A stretch of 64,000 nucleotides of DNA from Spirochaetaceae bacterium (GTDB lineage: Bacteria > Spirochaetota > Spirochaetia > DSM-2461): positions 1,376,001 through 1,440,000 of the forward strand of contig OZ245056.1 in assembly GCA_965224705.1 (NCBI GenBank), given 5' to 3'. A model generated the notes under the pieces. It was not told the origin of the DNA. It saw only the letters and a list, made by a program, of their open reading frames with translations, and ran no database searches. Both the position numbers and the translations under genes were made by a program. Below are positions 59,045 to 64,000 of the stretch, one piece after another. Each line of letters starts with the position of its first letter. Position 1 is the stretch's first letter.

Positions 59045-61714
59045 ATGAGTAATCAGTATGTTTTTTACTTCGGCGGAGGTAAAGCCGAAGGCCGGGCCCA
59101 GATGAAGGAATTGCTGGGCGGTAAAGGGGCCAATCTGGCAGAGATGACTAACTTGAATATACCCGTGCCCCCTGGATTCACGATTTCCACGGAGGCTTGT
59201 GATCTCTATTACAGGAATAACAGGTCCCACAGCGATGAGGTAAAAGCTCAGGTTGCCGCCAATCTGGAAAGATTGGAAAAAGAAATGGGGAAAACTCTGG
59301 GGAGTTCTGAAGACCCTCTCCTGGTTTCTGTCCGTTCTGGAGCTGCTGTCTCCATGCCGGGAATGATGGACACAGTCCTCAATCTGGGACTCAATGCTGA
59401 AGCTGTGGCAGGCATTGCGAGAAATACAGGCAACAGCCGGTTCGCATGGGATTCCTACAGACGGTTTATTCAGATGTTTGGAGATGTGGTGAAGGGAGTC
59501 CCCCACCATGCCTTTGAGAAAGCTCTTGATGCAATCAAACAATCAAAGGGTGTTGAAAATGATGTTGACCTGGAAGCGGAAGATTTGAAAAAAGTTGTGG
59601 ACAGCTACATGTCTGTCTACAGGGATAACGTTGGTTCGGATTTTCCCCAGGATCCGCGGCAGCAGCTCTGGGCAGCCATTGATGCGGTTTTCGGCTCCTG
59701 GAATAACGATAGAGCCGTTAAGTATCGGAATATCAATAAAATTGGTGACCTCCTGGGTACCGCAGTCAATGTTCAGTCCATGGTCTTTGGAAACTGGTCT
59801 GATACATCGGGAACAGGAGTCTGTTTCAGCCGGGATCCTTCCACGGGAGAGAACTATTTCTATGGAGAATACCTGATGAACGCTCAGGGAGAAGATGTTG
59901 TGGCCGGTATTCGGACTCCTGAGCCTCTCACTACCCTGAAGGACACCAATGCCGAAGTATACGAACAGCTGGTCAGTGTAAAAGAACGATTGGAAAAGCA
60001 TTACACAGACATGCAGGACATGGAATTCACCATTCAGGATGGGAGACTCTTCCTTCTGCAGACCCGCAATGGTAAGCGGACAGGTCAGGCTGCCTTGAAG
60101 GTGGCGGTCGATCTGGTTAAGGAAGGCTTGATAAACAGGGAAACTGCTGTTACCAGGGTTACTGGAGATCAGATGGATCAATTACTCCATCCAATGATAC
60201 CCCCCTCCTCCAAGAAGAAACTGAAAGCCATTGCCAGGGGGTTGGAGGCCTCCCCCGGAGCCGCTGTCGGAAAAATTGTCTTCAATGCCGATGAGGCTGA
60301 AGAATGGGTGGCCAGAGGTGAAAAAATAATTCTGGTGAGGAAGGAAACAAGTCCCGAAGACATCGGGGGCATGCATGTTGCTGAAGGTATACTCACTTCC
60401 ACAGGCGGAATGACCAGTCATGCTGCTGTTGTGGCCCGCGGCATGGGTACGCCTTGTGTCGCTGGCTGCAAGGATGTCATTGTCGACGAAAAAGCAAAGA
60501 AGGCTACCATTAATGGAGTGGATTACAGGGAGGGAAGCTTTCTCTCCCTTGATGGCAGTGATGGTGAGGTGTACTCCGGGCAGGTTGAACTGGTGCAGCC
60601 GGAACTCAGCGGAGAACTGAATCAGCTCCTGGAATGGGCCGATGAGATTCGACATGGTGCCAGACGGAAGGGTATTGCCGATGGTTTCTTTGTACGTACC
60701 AATGCCGATTTGCCGGAAGATGCCCGTAAGGGAGTTGAATTTGGTGCGGAAGGCATTGGACTTTGCCGAACCGAGCATATGTTTTTTGCGGAAGAGAAAC
60801 TCATTCCTTTCAGGCGCATGATTGTTGCGGACAGCCTTGAGGAGCGTAAAAAAGCTCTCCAACCCATCCTGAAACTCCAGATTGAGGATTTCATCGGCAT
60901 ATTCGAAGCCATGGATGGCCATCCGGTTACTGTGCGTCTTCTGGATCCTCCTCTGCATGAATTTGTGCCTCACAGCGAGGCTGAAGTGCGGGAACTTGCA
61001 AAAGAATTGGGCAGGGATGCGGACACTCTGGTGAAGCGGGTGGATGCACTCAAAGAGCTCAATCCCATGTTGGGACACAGGGGATGCCGTCTGGGAATAA
61101 CGTACCCGGAAGTATATGATATTCAGGTGGAGGCCATCATGAGTGCCGCCACCACTGTTGCCGGTCGTGGGGGTAAGGTACTGCCGGAAATAATGATCCC
61201 CCTGGTGGGAACGACGGCCGAACTGGAGATTTTACGGGCAAACGCCCAGAAAGTTGTAGACAGAGTGCTGGCAAAGACAGGCGTGGATGTGGAATACCTT
61301 ATCGGAACCATGATTGAGATTCCCCGAGCAGCTCTCACCTCGAATCTCATCGCTCCCCACGCCGATTTTTACTCCTTTGGAACCAACGATCTCACTCAAA
61401 TGACCTTTGGTTACAGTCGGGATGATGTGGGCAGCTTTCTCCCTGAGTATGTGGAAAAGAAGATCCTGAAAACGGACCCCTTCCAGTCTCTGGATACCGT
61501 GGGAGTGGGACAGTTGGTCGAGTTGGGTGTCTCCAGGGGACGAAGTGTTAAAAGTGATTTGAAAGCCGGTATTTGCGGTGAGCATGGCGGCGATCCTGAT
61601 TCCATTGCTTTCTGCTATGGTGCAGGATTGAACTATGTTTCCTGTTCTCCTTACAGGGTGCCCATTGCCAGGCTGGCGGCGGCCCAGGCTGTTGTGAATT
61701 CAAAAGAATCATGA
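59045..61714 (+). CDS. ppdK: Pyruvate, phosphate dikinase
   Basis: LLGGKGANLAEM, GGMTSHAAVVARG, GLCRTEHMF, SFGTNDLTQ, GICGEHGGDP. Confidence 0.97.
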   Translation: MSNQYVFYFGGGKAEGRAQMKELLGGKGANLAEMTNLNIPVPPGFTISTEACDLYYRNNRSHSDEVKAQVAANLERLEKEMGKTLGSSEDPLLVSVRSGAAVSMPGMMDTVLNLGLNAEAVAGIARNTGNSRFAWDSYRRFIQMFGDVVKGVPHHAFEKALDAIKQSKGVENDVDLEAEDLKKVVDSYMSVYRDNVGSDFPQDPRQQLWAAIDAVFGSWNNDRAVKYRNINKIGDLLGTAVNVQSMVFGNWSDTSGTGVCFSRDPSTGENYFYGEYLMNAQGEDVVAGIRTPEPLTTLKDTNAEVYEQLVSVKERLEKHYTDMQDMEFTIQDGRLFLLQTRNGKRTGQAALKVAVDLVKEGLINRETAVTRVTGDQMDQLLHPMIPPSSKKKLKAIARGLEASPGAAVGKIVFNADEAEEWVARGEKIILVRKETSPEDIGGMHVAEGILTSTGGMTSHAAVVARGMGTPCVAGCKDVIVDEKAKKATINGVDYREGSFLSLDGSDGEVYSGQVELVQPELSGELNQLLEWADEIRHGARRKGIADGFFVRTNADLPEDARKGVEFGAEGIGLCRTEHMFFAEEKLIPFRRMIVADSLEERKKALQPILKLQIEDFIGIFEAMDGHPVTVRLLDPPLHEFVPHSEAEVRELAKELGRDADTLVKRVDALKELNPMLGHRGCRLGITYPEVYDIQVEAIMSAATTVAGRGGKVLPEIMIPLVGTTAELEILRANAQKVVDRVLAKTGVDVEYLIGTMIEIPRAALTSNLIAPHADFYSFGTNDLTQMTFGYSRDDVGSFLPEYVEKKILKTDPFQSLDTVGVGQLVELGVSRGRSVKSDLKAGICGEHGGDPDSIAFCYGAGLNYVSCSPYRVPIARLAAAQAVVNSKES

Positions 61715-61736
61715 CTTGATACTGCTGGTGCACTTT

Positions 61737-63002
61737 TCAGTGTGCCCGCAGTATGATGGCACGCCATCCCCGATGCCTCCTGTCTCCAATTACTATCCAG
61801 CCCTTTATATTCTTCAATAACCGTGCCAAGTTGGTACTTCGCCCGACAATGGCCCACTCACCGTGAGGCTTAATGGCTGCTGATGCCATTTCCAGCAGCC
61901 GGGTACTCCAGTCCGAGTATGGGATTGGATCCAGGTCCGTCAGTAAAAAATCAACTGAATGGACATCTAAACCGGTTTGCAATGAACCGGGTTCAGCAAG
62001 TTGAGCAATTTCAACTTCCCGAAGACCTGTGTACTTCTCAAGATTTTTCTCACTGATCAACAATGCTAATCGATCCCGTCCAGCCAGTATCAACCGCTCA
62101 GGTTTTGCACCACGGCGGCTCACACAGAGAAGGGGAAAATGACCCTGCCCTGGAGACCAGAATACAATTGTTCCTCTGTAGCTTTTTTTTTCAAGAAGCT
62201 CTGCCAGCAGTGTGATTCGCCAGGAGTGAGAGTCAAAGTCACCTATGTTCCACACTGTTTGCAGAGTATATTGCATCTGTTTGAATACGAATGTTACTGT
62301 TTGCCGGAGATAGGGAGCAAGCAGTCTTTCTTTGCTCTGCTTCAAACTGGATTTCCCCTCCCCTCTGAAGTGAATAACTGTGTGCTGCTTCGAGGAATCC
62401 TCATACAAAATTGTACTGCCGCCGGAGAGAATGAGTTCTCGACAGGAATTGCCCAGGGCTTTGATGATAACAAGAGCGACCCGTCCATCTGGTTTAAGAT
62501 ACCCTGCTGCATGATGGAGGAAATCAGCCAGGACTGGTTTTCCGGCTTTGGCGGGAAAATTTGAGACTATAAGATTGTAATCGGAAGAATGGGGGCCTTC
62601 CAGCATAAGCCGCTGAGCTGTTTCAACGTTTCTCAAAGAATTAAGTTCTGCATTGTGCCGGGATATGTCCACGGCCAGTCTGTCTCTGTCAACAAGCCGG
62701 ACAGCGGCATCCGGACACCGTGATGCAATGGCCAGCCCCAGAGTTCCGGTTCCGCAGCCTGTATCAAGAACCTGTTTCATGTTCTCCAAATCACATTCCC
62801 GGGCAATACTTTTAAGAAGAAGCATGGATCCCGCATCGACACCGGCACTGCTGAACAGTCCGAGGGATAAGTCTAAAGTGAGATTTTTGCCTGCAAAACG
62901 AAAACTTGTGCGGCGGTTAATCAAATCCGCATGAAGGGAGGTTTCAGCCGTTGATACGTTCCTGGTATTCTTTTGTTTCAACATTGATGCGGATTCTTTC
63001 AC
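61737..63002 (-). CDS. Class I SAM-dependent methyltransferase (RsmC/MTS-like)
   Basis: GLFSSAGVDAGS, VLDTGCGTGTLG, LIVSNFP; start uncertain (overlaps efp). Confidence 0.75.
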   Translation of the reverse strand: MKESASMLKQKNTRNVSTAETSLHADLINRRTSFRFAGKNLTLDLSLGLFSSAGVDAGSMLLLKSIARECDLENMKQVLDTGCGTGTLGLAIASRCPDAAVRLVDRDRLAVDISRHNAELNSLRNVETAQRLMLEGPHSSDYNLIVSNFPAKAGKPVLADFLHHAAGYLKPDGRVALVIIKALGNSCRELILSGGSTILYEDSSKQHTVIHFRGEGKSSLKQSKERLLAPYLRQTVTFVFKQMQYTLQTVWNIGDFDSHSWRITLLAELLEKKSYRGTIVFWSPGQGHFPLLCVSRRGAKPERLILAGRDRLALLISEKNLEKYTGLREVEIAQLAEPGSLQTGLDVHSVDFLLTDLDPIPYSDWSTRLLEMASAAIKPHGEWAIVGRSTNLARLLKNIKGWIVIGDRRHRGWRAIILRAH

Positions 63003-63513
63003 CCTGTTTGATGAATATGGGGACTTTCACCGTGAGACCGGTTTCTGTCACGACATGCTTGGATGCTCCGGTGACCGTATCACCCTTAACAGCCTCGTCT
63101 GCTTCCGCAACAATGAGATCTTTTTTCGGCGGCAGACGTATGTCCAGAGTTTCTTCATTCCATTGAGTGAGCTTGAACGTTTCTCCTTCAAGCATGAAGT
63201 ATTGGGCATCTTCGTGGGCACTGATGGGTACCTCGAATTGTTCAAAGGTAGTGGAGTTCATGAAATGATAGGCGCTGCCATCGGAGTAAAGAAACTGGGA
63301 TTCCACCTCCTCAACATCAATTTCCTCACAATTGTCCTGGCTCTTATGAGTGATCTTCTGGACAGATCCATTGCGGAGGTTTTTCAGCTTGAGCCGTACA
63401 AAGGCCGAACCTTTGCCCGGATTGACGAATTCTCTTTCCTGTACTATAAACGGTTCTCCCTTTTCCTGAAGGTAAAACCCCTTGGCGATTGCACCAGCCT
63501 TTATCATTCCCAT
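62944..63513 (-). CDS. efp: Elongation factor P
   Basis: VNPGKGSAFVR, QFLY, VKGDTVTG, TETGL.V.VPIFIK.GE. Confidence 0.95.
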   Translation of the reverse strand: MGMIKAGAIAKGFYLQEKGEPFIVQEREFVNPGKGSAFVRLKLKNLRNGSVQKITHKSQDNCEEIDVEEVESQFLYSDGSAYHFMNSTTFEQFEVPISAHEDAQYFMLEGETFKLTQWNEETLDIRLPPKKDLIVAEADEAVKGDTVTGASKHVVTETGLTVKVPIFIKQGERIRINVETKEYQERING

Positions 63514-63998
63514 GTATCAGGCATCATATCATGGATGGAGAAAAGATCCAGCCCATACAGATTATTATCTCCCCGGAGCAGGGCAATAAGTCTGTCCAGA
63601 CCAAGGGCCACTCCGGAGCATCGGGGCATTTTACCGGCTACAGATTGAAGCCAGTTATTGTCAGTTTTCACCGGTATGATGGCATTTTCTTTTCTTGGTG
63701 CCTGATCATCCCAGTATTGCTGAAGGGCTTTCATGTCATTTTCTTCGGTGTAACAATTGGCCGTTTCCACACCGCGATAGTATAATTCCCAGCGATCGGC
63801 CCATGGGGTTTCTTGTATGGAACAGGCAAGGGTGGGAATCAATGATGGCCAGTCTTTCAGGATCAGGGGCCTGTCCGCAGGGAGTTTTTCTTCCACCAGG
63901 GAGATGAACAGCCGATGAAAAAGATCATCAGGAGTGTCATTCTCATCCCCGGAAGGGAGATTCCTCTCGGACAGACGCTGTGCGAATATGGTTTTGAT
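63504..63998 (-). CDS. epmA: EF-P lysine-34 lysyl ligase, C-terminal part (runs off window end)
   Basis: DDLFHRLFISLVE, ADRWELY..GVETANCYTE, MPRCSGVALGLDRL; adjacent to efp. Confidence 0.85.
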   Translation of the reverse strand: MKTIFAQRLSERNLPSGDENDTPDDLFHRLFISLVEEKLPADRPLILKDWPSLIPTLACSIQETPWADRWELYYRGVETANCYTEENDMKALQQYWDDQAPRKENAIIPVKTDNNWLQSVAGKMPRCSGVALGLDRLIALLRGDNNLYGLDLFSIHDMMPDTWE

Positions 63999-64000
63999 TT

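Overview
Bacterial chromosomal window, probably from a spirochaete (inferred from the CNG-type K+ channel, BspA-type and other lipoproteins, Rpn and AAA/PD-(D/E)xK paralogues, and the ppdK-efp-epmA context). The left part carries sigZ-arsM, a GH32/sugar-ABC locus, a TPR gene with a broken ATPase partner, a YtrA-GntR/SPFH/ABC operon and tRNA-Arg(CCT). The centre (~26-52.8 kb) is a defence-rich, heavily eroded accessory region. It holds two Rpn copies (one reduced to the putative intragenic antitoxin), a GHKL+HExxH protein, IS debris, three 35-36 bp CRISPR-like repeats interrupted by a HicAB module, an intact Wadjet type I operon, a large FN3/LRR lipoprotein, tandem AAA-PD-(D/E)xK genes, an internally deleted MmeI-type gene, and a coupled adenine methylase / ParB-Srx-like / Mrr-like nuclease triplet. 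That triplet is the best candidate for an unrecognised defence system. The right part has a glutathione peroxidase, a WD40-caspase lipoprotein, ppdK, a methyltransferase, efp and partial epmA. Several MITE families, many internal deletions, a candidate structured sRNA and two homologous poly-G-spacer promoters upstream of surface lipoproteins were also seen. All calls come from reading the sequence; no searches were run.
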